Assembly: GCA_965226495.1 (NCBI GenBank) | Contig: OZ245365.1 | Span: 3,104,001-3,168,000, forward strand | DNA length: 64,000 nt | DNA from: Candidatus Marinacidobacterales bacterium | Lineage (GTDB): Bacteria; Acidobacteriota; Vicinamibacteria; Marinacidobacterales; DATDRI01 | Direction of reading: 5' to 3' | Shown: positions 1-10,700 of the stretch, in pieces | Layout of the letters: the number at the start of each line of letters is the position of its first letter | How positions within the stretch are numbered: position 1 is the first letter of the stretch | Notes under the pieces: generated by a model | Seen by the model: the letters and a program-made list of their open reading frames with translations, nothing else | What the model was told of the DNA's origin: nothing | The model's database searches: none | Position numbers and translations under genes: made by a program

Positions 1-716
1 TGAGCCGCGCCGGTTTAAAAAAGGTCACCCTCGAACTCGGGAACAACTCCGGTACCATCATCGAAGATGATGCGGATATCGATCAGGCGGTGCCTCGGTG
101 CGTGGTTTCCTCTTTTGCCAACTCCGGACAAATCTGCATTAGTCTCCAGCGGCTCTACCTCCACGAGAAGATCGCCGAGGAGTTCACCGATAAATTTCTC
201 GCCGCCACCGAGAAACTGAAGGTGGGAAACCCTCTCGATCGAGACTGCGATGTGGGACCCATGATCACCGAGTCCGAGGCGGAGCGGGCCGAGGCTTGGA
301 TGCACGAGGCGTTGCCCAAGGGGCGAAGATCCTGATCGGCGACAGACGGGAAGGCCGGATGCTCTGGCCCACCGTCATGACCGACGTGAAGCCAAACATG
401 AAAGTGGTTTGCGATGAGACCTTCGCTCCTCAGGTGTCTTTGGTGACCTATCGATCGTTCGACGAGGCTCTCGACCTCTTGGCGGACTCGGCCTACGGCC
501 TACAAGCCGGCATCTACATCGAGCGACATCAAGAAAGCCTTCCAGGCCATCAAGCGAGTGGACGTAGGCGGAATGATGGTGAACGACACGTCGATCTTCC
601 GCGTCGATCAGATGCCCTACGGCGGGAACAAGATGAGTGGGATCGGCCGGGAAGGCGTTCGCTTCGCCATCGAGGAGATGACGAATATCCGGATGGTGTG
701 CTTCAACCTCGCCTAG
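1..716 (+). pseudogene. Aldehyde dehydrogenase family, 3' part, with two frameshifts (pseudogene or sequence error)
   Basis: Reads KVTLELGNNSG (catalytic Glu), ANSGQICISLQR (catalytic Cys), ETFAP, then MPYGGNKMSGIGREG...RMVCFNLA* ending at 716. The frame changes near 310 and near 519. Confidence 0.85.
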
Positions 717-803
717 CGAATCACCTTGCCTTTCGAACAAACGCGGTAAGCTAGGGGAGGCTGCATCGACCGGGTTCCGAAAACCCTGGAGGTCTCACCC
801 CCA

Positions 804-1097
804 TTGAGGCAGCACAGGCTCACTCACGACGAGCTGGCCATCAAGCTCGGCATCAACCAGACCGTCGTCTCGCAATACGAGCGCGGGAAGCTTCGCATGC
901 ACAGCACTCTCATCGCCGCCTTCGCCAACGCCTTGAAAATTTCCTCCGACGAGATCCTCGGCCTCCAGCGAATCCGAGGAAACGGTTTTATCCAAGACCG
1001 CCGTTTGCTCAGGCGCCTCGAGAAGATGGACTCGCTTTCGAGATCCCAGAAGCCGGCTCTGCTAGCGACTACCGACGCTTTCATCTCGGCCGCCTAG
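804..1097 (+). CDS. XRE-family helix-turn-helix regulator (5' end possibly eroded)
   Basis: LTHDELAIKLGINQTVVSQYERG HTH pattern followed by a C-terminal RRLLRRLEKMDSL...DAFI helix. TTG start. Confidence 0.75.
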   Translation: MRQHRLTHDELAIKLGINQTVVSQYERGKLRMHSTLIAAFANALKISSDEILGLQRIRGNGFIQDRRLLRRLEKMDSLSRSQKPALLATTDAFISAA

Positions 1098-1144
1098 CGG
1101 TACAGGGCCTCGTTTTCCGGCATCGCGCAGGCTACAATAAGGTC

Positions 1145-1369
1145 ATGAAGGTTGTTACGGGCATTGTCGTCGATGGAAAGATCGTGGTCGAGGGCGAACC
1201 TCTGACAGACGGTTCCAAGGTCACGGTCCTAGCTCCCGAAGGTGAGGGCGACACCTTCGAGCTGCCCCCAGAGCAAGAGGCACTTCTCCTCGAAGCCATT
1301 GGTGAGATCGAGCGCGGAGAGGGGATCGACGCCCGGAAGTTCATGAAACAGGTCGGCCAGCGAGATTGA
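1145..1369 (+). CDS. Putative type II antitoxin
   Basis: 74-aa acidic protein (N-terminal beta-rich part, C-terminal EAIGEIERGEGID) overlapping a downstream RelE/ParE-like ORF by 4 nt. Confidence 0.7.
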   Translation: MKVVTGIVVDGKIVVEGEPLTDGSKVTVLAPEGEGDTFELPPEQEALLLEAIGEIERGEGIDARKFMKQVGQRD

Positions 1370-1677
1370 GCGCCCCGCGCGCGATTATCCTCGCACCCAG
1401 AGCCGTGCGCGCCATCGAAAAAGCCTCTGCCTGGTGGGCGGAACACCGCCCCGCAGCTCCCCAAGCCTTTAATGAAGAGCTCGAGCGAGCCTTGGACCTC
1501 ATTTCCACTCACCCTTGGGCTGGCGTGAAAGCGACTAACGTTAAGCTTCTCGGTGTCCGAAGGATCCATCTAATCCTGATTCACTACTACCTCTACTACC
1601 GTTTGAGCCAAGACGGTAAGACCGTGGAAGTGCTCGCACTTTGGCACGCTAGCCGAGGTCCCGGTCCGTCTTTATAG
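1366..1677 (+). CDS. RelE/ParE-family toxin
   Basis: IILAPRAVRAI...WW...AFNEELERALDLISTHPWAG...YYLYYR...VEVLALWHASR, a ParE-like pattern. Confidence 0.8.
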   Translation: MSAPRAIILAPRAVRAIEKASAWWAEHRPAAPQAFNEELERALDLISTHPWAGVKATNVKLLGVRRIHLILIHYYLYYRLSQDGKTVEVLALWHASRGPGPSL

Positions 1678-2187
1678 TCCTGACCTCGGGCTCCGGCCGG
1701 CCGACGAGATGCGCCCAATGAGCACCGGCCGTCCTCCGCTCCCTGAGCGCAGAGCCCGTCTTCAAGAACGGGCCTCGGTCATGGTGCTTGCAGTTGAGTG
1801 GGAAAGCGCTGCGCAATCACCTTGCCCTTCGGCCTCCGTTGAGCGCTTCTTCTAACAGGAAGAGACTCCTCGGCCAGGAAGTACCGAGCTTCCCGTCCTC
1901 GGAGCCTCGACATCAAAGCCGTAATCGGCTGACTCAGTCACCCCCGCCCACCCGGGATGGCCGGCCACGCTCGCATGAGCTGCGGCTCTAGCTCATGAGT
2001 CGCGGCCGTGGATGGCTAAGCTGCGGTTCTAGCTCACAAGCTGCGGCAGATGACGCCCGCCCCGCCCCAAGCTCCGGAGGGAGTTGGCCTCGCTTCGCGA
2101 CCGGGCAAGGCTTACGCAGCGGAGCAAGGCCCGCGCCCTCCGCTGGAATGCAATCAACTAAGCTTCGGTCACGTCCCTTGCATCGTT

Positions 2188-2213
2188 GTCCGATAAGGGC
2201 GCCCTTATCGGAC
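2188..2213. repeat. Perfect 26-bp palindrome with ATAA-N8-TTAT core (Xer/dif/cer-like architecture)
   Basis: gtccgataagggc|gcccttatcggac, read directly. Confidence 0.8.
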
Positions 2214-2351
2214 CTTGCCCTGCCCAACTCCCTCCTACGGGTCGCCCTACCGGGCGACCTTTACGTAATCGAGGATTACGTACAAGCCCTCGCTGACGCT
2301 CGGGAATTTGGGGCGGGCGAGTGAGAAGATGCGTGCATGAGCCGGCGCCGC

Positions 2352-2379
2352 TCCCGTCTGCCCCCTCCAGGGGGCTCCC
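2352..2379. repeat. Left copy of a 28-bp inverted repeat (partner at 3764-3791)
   Basis: The reverse complement gggagccccctggagggggcagacggga matches gggagcccccttgagggggcggacggga at 26/28 positions. Confidence 0.85.
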
Positions 2380-2420
2380 ACTTGCTTGTCCGCACGTGAA
2401 AAACTTCGCATACTGGTGAC

Positions 2421-3688
2421 ATGAGTATTCACGACTGTCGCTTCTTGATCGAGGTGCAGGGCGACTACAAAAAGGTCTGCCGCATTGTCTTCGGAAAAAA
2501 AGACGCGAGCCTTTACCTCCTACCGTACGGACGTCAAAAACGTTACCTCTGGGGTGAAGGCACCATTCCTGAAGGCACCACAACAGCAACGTTCCCCCAT
2601 GCCAATCCCGCAGGCGAAGTGCACAGACCAAAGCTATCTATCCATGAGTCTGGCCAAGTGCACGTGAAACTGGGCGAGGCGTACAAGGCCGGTCCGCTCA
2701 TATCCGTCCCCGTCGGACAAGAACCTCTTTGGGAGTTTCGGGGCGAGCACCAGTTGCAGGGTTAACGATCGACAGCATCGAGTCCTTACCAAGCGCGCAG
2801 AGGTCGTTGGGTCAAGCCCAAACCAAAACCGAACCGTCGCCGGATCTAGTTCTTGGTGCTGCCGAGACATCCAACAGCTACGAACCCGACTCGAGAAAAA
2901 AGGTTTGCGAGCGGCACGTGTCTTCGAAGTCGCTGGTGAGCCTTGTTTCGGAGGAAAAAAAGCTCTCGCAACGCGAACGGAGGAAAGAGCCCAAAACAAA
3001 TGGCGGGACGTGAGGATCGGATACCTCTTCGCCGCTAGGCAAGTCGAAGAGCATCGCTACGAGAACTTGTCCCGAAGGGCGACTACAAAAAGGTCTGCCG
3101 CATTGTCTTCGGAAAAAAAGACGCGAGCCTTTACCTCCTACCGTACGGACGTCAAAAACGTTACCTCGCACCATTCCTGAAGGCACCACAACAGCAACGT
3201 TCCCCCATGCCAATCCCGCAGGCGAAGTGCACAGACCAAAGCTATCTATCCATGAGTCTGGCCAAGTGCACGTGAAACTGGGCGAGGCGTACAAGGCCGG
3301 TCCGCTACGGACAAAACCTCTTTGGGAGTTTCGGGGCGAGCACCTTGCAGGGTTAACGATCGACAGCATCGAGTCCTTACCAAGCGCAGGCAAGCCCAAA
3401 CCAAAACCGAAGTCGCCGGATCTAGTTCTTGGTGCTCGAGACATCCAACAAACCCGACGGTTTGCGATTTACGCCAACGGGGCAGAGCCTAGCTTCGATT
3501 CCCCAGTTAAAGCAAAGATCACAATGAACCGCGCAGGACTCCCTTCTCCATTGCACATCGGGATTACAACTTTTCAGCAGGCTTCCCTGACATCGGACGA
3601 AGAAGGTGGAGTGACAATCATCTGTGGATGGAATCCCGATGACGACGAACTTGCTGAACTACGGATCCTCTGGGTTCGCGCGATCTGA
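2421..3688 (+). pseudogene. Hypothetical protein (~220 aa if rejoined) split by an internal ~400-bp duplication
   Basis: 2458-2910 and 3076-3467 are near-identical apart from indels. ORFs 2421-2765 and 3227-3688 share HRPKLSIHESGQVHVKLGEAYKAGPL. Confidence 0.7.
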
Positions 3689-3763
3689 GCATCATCGGTT
3701 CCTGAAGTGTCACGGTAATAGAAAAGGGGCAACACGAATCAAGCTCGTCAGCTTTCTAGCGCA

Positions 3764-3791
3764 GGGAGCCCCCTTGAGGGGGCGGACGGGA
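3764..3791. repeat. Right copy of a 28-bp inverted repeat (partner at 2352-2379)
   Basis: 26/28 match to the reverse complement of 2352-2379. It contains an internal hairpin gccccct-tg-agggggc. Confidence 0.85.
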
Positions 3792-4080
3792 CCACTGGGG
3801 TGGATCTGCAAAGGGCGTGACCCGAAGGGCGACCCGGGGACCGTGGGTCGCGCGATCCTCCCCCAAGGCCACGACCGCGACGAGCGCAGCGAGGCATCCA
3901 TTACCGGGCGTGGCCGGGATGGGTGTCCCCCCTTGGGGATTCCTTGTTCTGGTGGGGGCGCCTCGGAAGGGGGGATCCAAGGGGGGAAACCAAGGCGGGG
4001 GAGGCGCGGCACGCCCTTTGCCCACCCCGCACCTAAGGGTGGGCGGGGGTGACTGATCCACCGATCACGGATCCAACGTT

Positions 4081-4131
4081 GAGGCGATGCGTGTGGGAAG
4101 TCCGGTACAGTCTTCCGAACCGCATCGCCTC
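4081..4131. repeat. Stem-loop with a perfect 11-bp outer stem
   Basis: gaggcgatgcg...cgcatcgcctc, with inner ggaag/cttcc pairing. Confidence 0.6.
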
Positions 4132-4379
4132 CTCCTTATTCGAAAGCAACAAGCCGAGAGGGCGCGCCGCTTGCCGCACCGAATCACGCCCTTGCAAGTG
4201 GCGTGACCGAAGGCTTCATCAAGAAACCAAGAATGACCGGCTCCGCGCGCAGGCTGCGAAGGACGGCTGGCGCTCATGAAGATCCACCGCGCCAGTCGGC
4301 CGGAGCCCGAGCACGGAGCCGATCCTTTAGAAACGACAGGATTTCAAAGTTCAACTCTCCAAGTAATCCTCCCCGCCTT

Positions 4380-4715
4380 CTATTCGACTCGGTCGCCATC
4401 AACAAAACGCTGCTCTTCTTCAATCTCCCCGTAATCGTTCCAGAAACGCCACAAGCCGTCTTTCTTGCCCTCTTTGTAGTGCCCCCCCGACGCGAGCTGA
4501 CCATTCTCGTGATAGTCTTTCCAAAGTTCCGTTTCTACGCCATGCTCGTAGAGACCCTCCGACGCCAACTGACCGTTGCGATGATGCGCCTGAAACAGCC
4601 CGTGGCGAATCCATCTGTCACCCTCAGGCGATAAATATCGACTGTATCGGAGATGCAATTCCCCAGTGTCGTAGGGAATCTCCGCTACTTCCAAAACTTT
4701 CTTCTGATCCTTCAT
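4380..4715 (-). CDS. Putative immunity protein, MORN-variant (YwqK-like) repeats
   Basis: Repeats HRNGQLASEGLYEHG / HENGQLASGGHYKEGKKDGLWRFW. It starts 18 nt after the Rhs toxin stop on the same strand. Confidence 0.8.
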   Translation of the reverse strand: MKDQKKVLEVAEIPYDTGELHLRYSRYLSPEGDRWIRHGLFQAHHRNGQLASEGLYEHGVETELWKDYHENGQLASGGHYKEGKKDGLWRFWNDYGEIEEEQRFVDGDRVE

Positions 4716-4733
4716 CTGCTATCTCAAGCCTTA

Positions 4734-7700
4734 CTATTTCTTCGGCAAGAAATCACTAGGCTTAAACAGATCTGTTCGTACCGGAAGTCTGGTTTTTGGA
4801 TCATACCGCGTAATTGCAATGGTATCAGGCAAAGCCCCCTCTCGAGCTTCGAAAGCCTTGATGAAGCGGATAATCTCTTGCCGATCTTTTGTGATGTTCC
4901 GGCCAAGCGGTTTGTCATCTATGATGAGACGCCTCCCAAAACTCACCGCGTCCGGTTGAACGGTTTGGGTGCCCTTGCTTGCTTTGGGTTCGCCTGACTT
5001 CAGATCCACCCGCTTGGGAACTCGGATGGGGTTACCCTCGGTGTCCCTGAGTCTCTGATTAACGACATCGAACTCCTTGGACGCACGGCGTTCTGCCGCT
5101 AGCTGGGCATGTACCGTTGTACCTCTTCGTGCAGACTCCGTGTTGCCGCTGTTCTTGGCCCCTTGAGACTGGGTGGCCGCTTTCGGCTGCGTGTTACCAT
5201 TTCTCCCCTCAGCCCGTACGTGTGGTTGAGACTCAGTGTCGCCAGCGTTGCTGGCTGCACTGGAGAGCAGTATTCCAGCAGGCAGTGAGGAACCGGGGCC
5301 TGTAATAGTGACTGAAACGCTGGGGACGCCACCAAGTCGAAGCGCCGCAGCTCCACCTGCGTTGACTACGGTAGCGGGTGCTGGAGTGGCGTTAAAGTTG
5401 ATCTTCGGGAGATTCTGTATGGCCTTGTACGCAAAGAATAACTGGCCGCCTAGCTCACCGGCTCCTGTCGCTGCGCCAAAAACATCACCACGCTCCAAGG
5501 CCTCATCAATATTCCGGATCGGCGCAAGCGCCACTTCCTTCGCAAACTCGCCCGGGTTTTCAAGCGCGAAGGCAGCAGTATTCAGCGCCTGCTCAACTGC
5601 CAATGCCTCCGGCCGAAAAATTGGTAAGCCGCCGGATGCCTTGAAAGCTAAGGCTCCTGTCAAGTTGAACGAGGCCTTAAAGGTTAGGACGAAGGGAGAA
5701 GCAAGTACCTTTCCAAACCCTACAACTGCTCCCCCAAAGGCAATTGCTTGCTGCCTGAGTAACTCTAATTGTGCGGACTCCTCCTGGGAGGATCGTTCGC
5801 ACGATAGGCAGATAGGTAATCGACCGCTTGGATCAACGAACCGGAATGGACTCTGCATTACATAGCTGTAGCGATGCAGGGTCGGTGGACGGTTCACATC
5901 CCCAAGCAAGTTATCCTGGGTCAGGAACCTGCCAATGTCCGGATCATAAAACCTCGCTCTAGCGTAGATAAGACCAGTCTCGTCATCCTTCTCAAGACCA
6001 GTAAAAGTGAACTTATTCGTTGAAGATCCGATGCGCTCACGCTCGTTGCCCCACGCGTCATAGAAGATCGACTCGCGCGCACTCCCAGACCCATCAGTCA
6101 AACTGACAGTCGAACCTAGGATGTCGAGGTGGAAGAAGCTCCGCCCTTCATTCCGGTTGTCCAAGCTTACGAGCTGGTCCAGGCCATAGTCGTACTTGGA
6201 GACCGTGATGCCGTCTTCGTCGGCCTCCGTGATGACGCTGAGCTGGTCGTAGGTGTAATGCCTCCGACCGTCCGCACCGATCTTGAGGATTCGGCGCCCA
6301 TCGAAGTCGTAGCCGTAACGGCCGAGAATGCTCGCTCCTTGCTGCACTTCCCCAAGCTGGTCGCGGATGCTGTACAGGAACCGCGTCTCGACTCCAGCCT
6401 TGGTTTTCGATAGCGTGTTACCGTTTGCATCGTATTCATAGAGGACGTTTTGGGTAGTATCGAGATTATCGGTGATGGTCTCGAGGCGGTTGATGGCGCC
6501 GTAATCGTAGGTGAGGTCCTTGAGAGTCGCGGTTGTGACGGGATCGGTGTCCGTCTCTGTTTTCCGATTACCGACTGGGTCATAGGTGTATGTGACCAGT
6601 CGTCCGTTGCGGAAAGTAGTATCGACAGGATAGTTAACCGTTTCGAGACGGTTGACGGGGTCATACGTGTAGGTCGTGGTCTCGTTGCGGCCGGCGTTGG
6701 TTTCGATCTGGGAGAGTCGGTTCCCGTTGGGTGTGTACTCGTAGGTGTACGCCGAGACGGTGCCACCGGGGCCCTCGTGGTCTATCGAGGTCAGCCGGTC
6801 GGCGGCGTCGTAGTCGAAGGTGGAGACCGTGGCATTCGGGTTGGTAACGGTTTCCTTGAGACCATCGGGGAAGTACGTGTAGACGGTCTGCCCGCCTTCC
6901 GTGGTCAACGTCTCGAGGCGGTTCAAAACGTCGTAAGTATAGACGGTTTCCTTGTTGTCGGGGTCTCTCAGGAGGGTGCGGTTACCCTGGTCGTCGTAAT
7001 CGTAAGTCAGCGTCTTGCCGAAAGTGTCGGTCTCGGTCTCTAGGCGGTCTAAATCGTCGTAGGTCTTGTTATGGATGAAGACCGTAGGCGGGTCGGTGCC
7101 CGAGCTGCGGAGCTCGTCAACTCGAATGAGGTTGTCGTTCGGATCGTACCCAAAATCGATCCGATGCGTTCTCGTGAACAACTCAAAATCCTCCGGAGTT
7201 AAGCTGTAGATCTTCGCCTCCATCCGGTTGAGCTCATCGTATTCGAAATCAATCACTTGCCCCTTGGGATCGGTGAGCTTCGTTTCGTTCCCGTTCGGGT
7301 CGTAGTCGTGGTCGGTGATGAGGTTGAATCCGCTGGGATCCTGAATCATCCGCTCCAGCCGGTTGAGATTGTCGTATCTGAATTCAACGCCGTTGTCCTC
7401 AGCGTCGACCTGGCGGATGCGGTTTCGGTTCTCGTCATAGTCGTACCGGAAGACCCCGGTGTCGGCCATACGGACTTCCATGAGCTCGTTGAGCTCCCCA
7501 TAGTCAAATTCTGTCCTCTGGCCTTCCGGCTCAATCTGCGCCTTACGGTTGCCTTCGCCGTCGTATTCGAACTCGGTGATATTGTTCTCCCCGTCTTCCA
7601 CGAAGCGCAGCCGGTTCAGCTCGTCGTAGGTGTTCTTGATGTCGAAGGGAGAGCCGGTGACGCGGCCGTCCTTCTCCGTGAAGAGGTTACCGACCCTGTC

Positions 7701-10700
7701 GTACGTGAAGCTCGTCGCGGTCTCGACTAGCGAACCCAGGCCGTCCGTCCGGTCAATCAGACGATTGGCTCCGTCGTAGCCGAACTGGGTCTGGTTGCCG
7801 TTGGCGTCGGTGCTGAGAGTACGGTTGTTGTTGCCGTCGTATTCATGCTGCTCGAGCGTGATACCCGCCCGAGTGACCGAGACTAGCCTTCCCAGAGCAT
7901 CAAGCTGGGTCGTATTCACGATCCCTCGCTTGTCGGTTTCAATGACCTGACGATCCGCGTCCTCGTAAACGGTGTTGAGCTCCCGATCCAAGGCATCCGT
8001 CACCTTGGTGAGTCGATTGAGGCCATCGTATTCAAACTTGGTGACGAACTTTCGCTTATCCGTCTCTTCCCGCTTGTTCACACCGTCGTAGACGAAAACC
8101 TGCTCGTTCCCATCCGGGTCCTCGATCCGCGTGACTCTCTCCTGGCCGTCCATCTCGAAGGTAGTCACAAAGCCACGGGCATCCCGCTCGAGTCTCTTTA
8201 CGTTGACGTCATCGTAGGTAATAACGGTCGTCGAGGGCACCCCGGTGAGGCTCGGCACCACCTCGCTCCCGGTGAGGCGGCCCAGGTTGTCGTAGGAGAA
8301 GTTCATCACCACGTCCCGGCGGTCTTTCTCGAACGTCTTGTTCCCTTCCCCGTCGTAGTCGAACTCCGTCACCAAACTGAGGGGATGCTCGATCCGCTTC
8401 AAGCGATTGAGGCCGTCGTAGACGAAATCCGTGACCCGGCCTTCCGCATCCCGGGTTTGTCTCAGGTTCCCGGTTCCGTCGTAAAAGTTTGTAGTGATGA
8501 GGTCTTCCGTTCCCGTCTCCCGAGTGACCTGGTGCACACGGTCGAATCCATCCATCCCCGTCGTGGTCTGGAATCCGCGCGGATCGGTCGCGGTTACCCT
8601 GTGAGCCGGGTCCTCGTACTCGAAGACGCTCACGTTGCTGAAATCATCTATGGCGGAGCCGACCGTACGTAGCGTCGGTCGATTGAGGAAGTCGTACTCC
8701 ATCTCCGTCTTGAGTCCACGCGTCAGATCCTCTTCGAGCGTCTGGTTGCCGCTTTCGTCATAGTCGAACTGGACTTGGTTGCCCTCGGGATCGGTAAGGA
8801 GCTTTAATCGATTCAGGTCATCGTACTCAAATACCCCCACTCTCTCGTTCGCATCGGACTCCGTCAGCTTATTCCCCACCCGGTCGTAGGTGAACGTCTC
8901 CTCATGCTCTGTGGAAAGACGCCTGGTTCTCAACCGGTAGAGCTCGTCATAGATGAACTCCGTCTCGTGACCATGCACGTCGGTCTCGAACCGCTTGTTC
9001 CCGACGTCGTCATAGGCGAACTCGGATACCACCTGAGGCGGACTGAAAGGACCTTCCACCTCGACCGTCTCCAGGCGATTGAGGTCATCGTAGGTGTTGA
9101 TGGTCCTGACCCCGCGGCGGTCTGTCATGCCAGTGAGATTGCCGTTCCCGTCGTAGAACATCTCGGTGACGAAGCCCAATGCATCTTCAGTACGTTCGAC
9201 ACGGTTCAGATCATCCAGGAAGAACTCGGTCGTGAGGTTGAGCCCATTGGTCTCGGTGCGAACTTGGCCACCGGGGTGGTAGGTCCGCTTAATAACCTCC
9301 TCGGCCGAAGACCCCTTGCCGTCCGTCCTTCGCATCGTCTCCACCCGGTCCAGCTCATCGAAATCCTGGGTCATGCTGCGACCGAAGGTGTCGGAGCTCG
9401 ATCGGAGGCGGCTTCGCTCGTCGTAGACGTTGGTGGTCACGTTGCTCAGCGGATCCGTGACCGTCTCCGGATTCCCAAAAGGATCGTAGACAAACTCAGT
9501 GACCATCCCGTCGCGAGGACCTTGCTGCAACTCGAGGTCGCCGGTATCGGGGACGTACTCGAACGTCGTGACGTTGAGCTCGGCGTCGGTGACCGTGAGC
9601 AAGTTGCCATTCGCAGGGTCAATCTCGAAAAGGGTTTCTCGGCCTTCGGCATCCACCTTGCGGGTCATCTTGTTGAAGATGGGGTCGTAGTTGAACTCGG
9701 TGATCACCTCCCCGAGCTCGGCGGTCTCGATAATCTCCTTGATGAGATTAGCATTGGTGTCGTACTCGAAGCGGGTGACGCGGCCGTTGGCATCGGTCTC
9801 CTTGAGCTTGGTGATGTCGTCGACGGCCCATTCCATCTTGGTAATAATGTCGCCCGGCTCATTAATCTCGAGCGGTGAACCGTTGCCGTTCAAGGTGTAT
9901 GTCGTCACGTTGCCGCGGGCGTCGGTGCCTCTGCTAATGAACTCCTGGTCGGTGACGACTCGGGTCCGGTCATAGACGAAGGACGTGGTGACGCCCTCTG
10001 GCTCGCGGACCTCTTTGACCCACTCGAACTTGTCTTGGACGAACAGCCCCTCCCCGCTCTCACCCGGAAAGACATCGTCATCCTCGAAATGGATGTAGAG
10101 AGTCCTGTTGCCGTTGGGATCGGTGGCCGCCGTCAGATTGTGGCGGTCCCGAACGTTTCCGATCGAGTACTCGTACTCCTCGACCCGCTCGTCTCGGGTG
10201 ACCTTGATGAGGTTGGCGAAGCTGTCGTATTCGTAAGTGACCTCGAGACCCAGGGGACCGGTGATCCGCCTCACTCGTGGCACACCGCGTACGTTTTCGT
10301 AGTCGAAGGTGAGCACGCGGCCCTCGCTGCCATCGGCAAACACCTCGCGAGCTTCCTCGAGGATGCGCTCGGAGTCATAGCTGAGCTGAATGCGGTTGCC
10401 ATTCGGGTCCTCGATAAAATCCAGAGTCGGCTTACCATCGAAGAGCGGATCGCCCTCGAAGAGCTCGATGTCCACGTAGTGGAAGCGGACACGGCCCTTG
10501 GTGAAGAAGTCGAAACTGCCGTCAGGATTTCGGCGGAGCTCGGTGTGGTAGCCCTTCTGCGGAATGAACTCATCGCCCACTTGGGTAAAGCGCTGACCGG
10601 AGCCGTCCCCTCCTCGGATGGTCCAAAAGCAATCCGTGATGACTAGGGTTGAAAAATAGTTGAGATTCCAACCGGCACCAAGGACGCCTTCGTCGGAGAC

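Noticed and set aside
2905-3075. ISKra4-like transposase fragment (WRDVRIG)
   Set aside because: Only one short motif resemblance, with no catalytic residues or element ends to support it.
2458-3467. DGR template/variable repeat pair
   Set aside because: The differences are indels, not adenine-specific substitutions, and there is no reverse transcriptase in the window.
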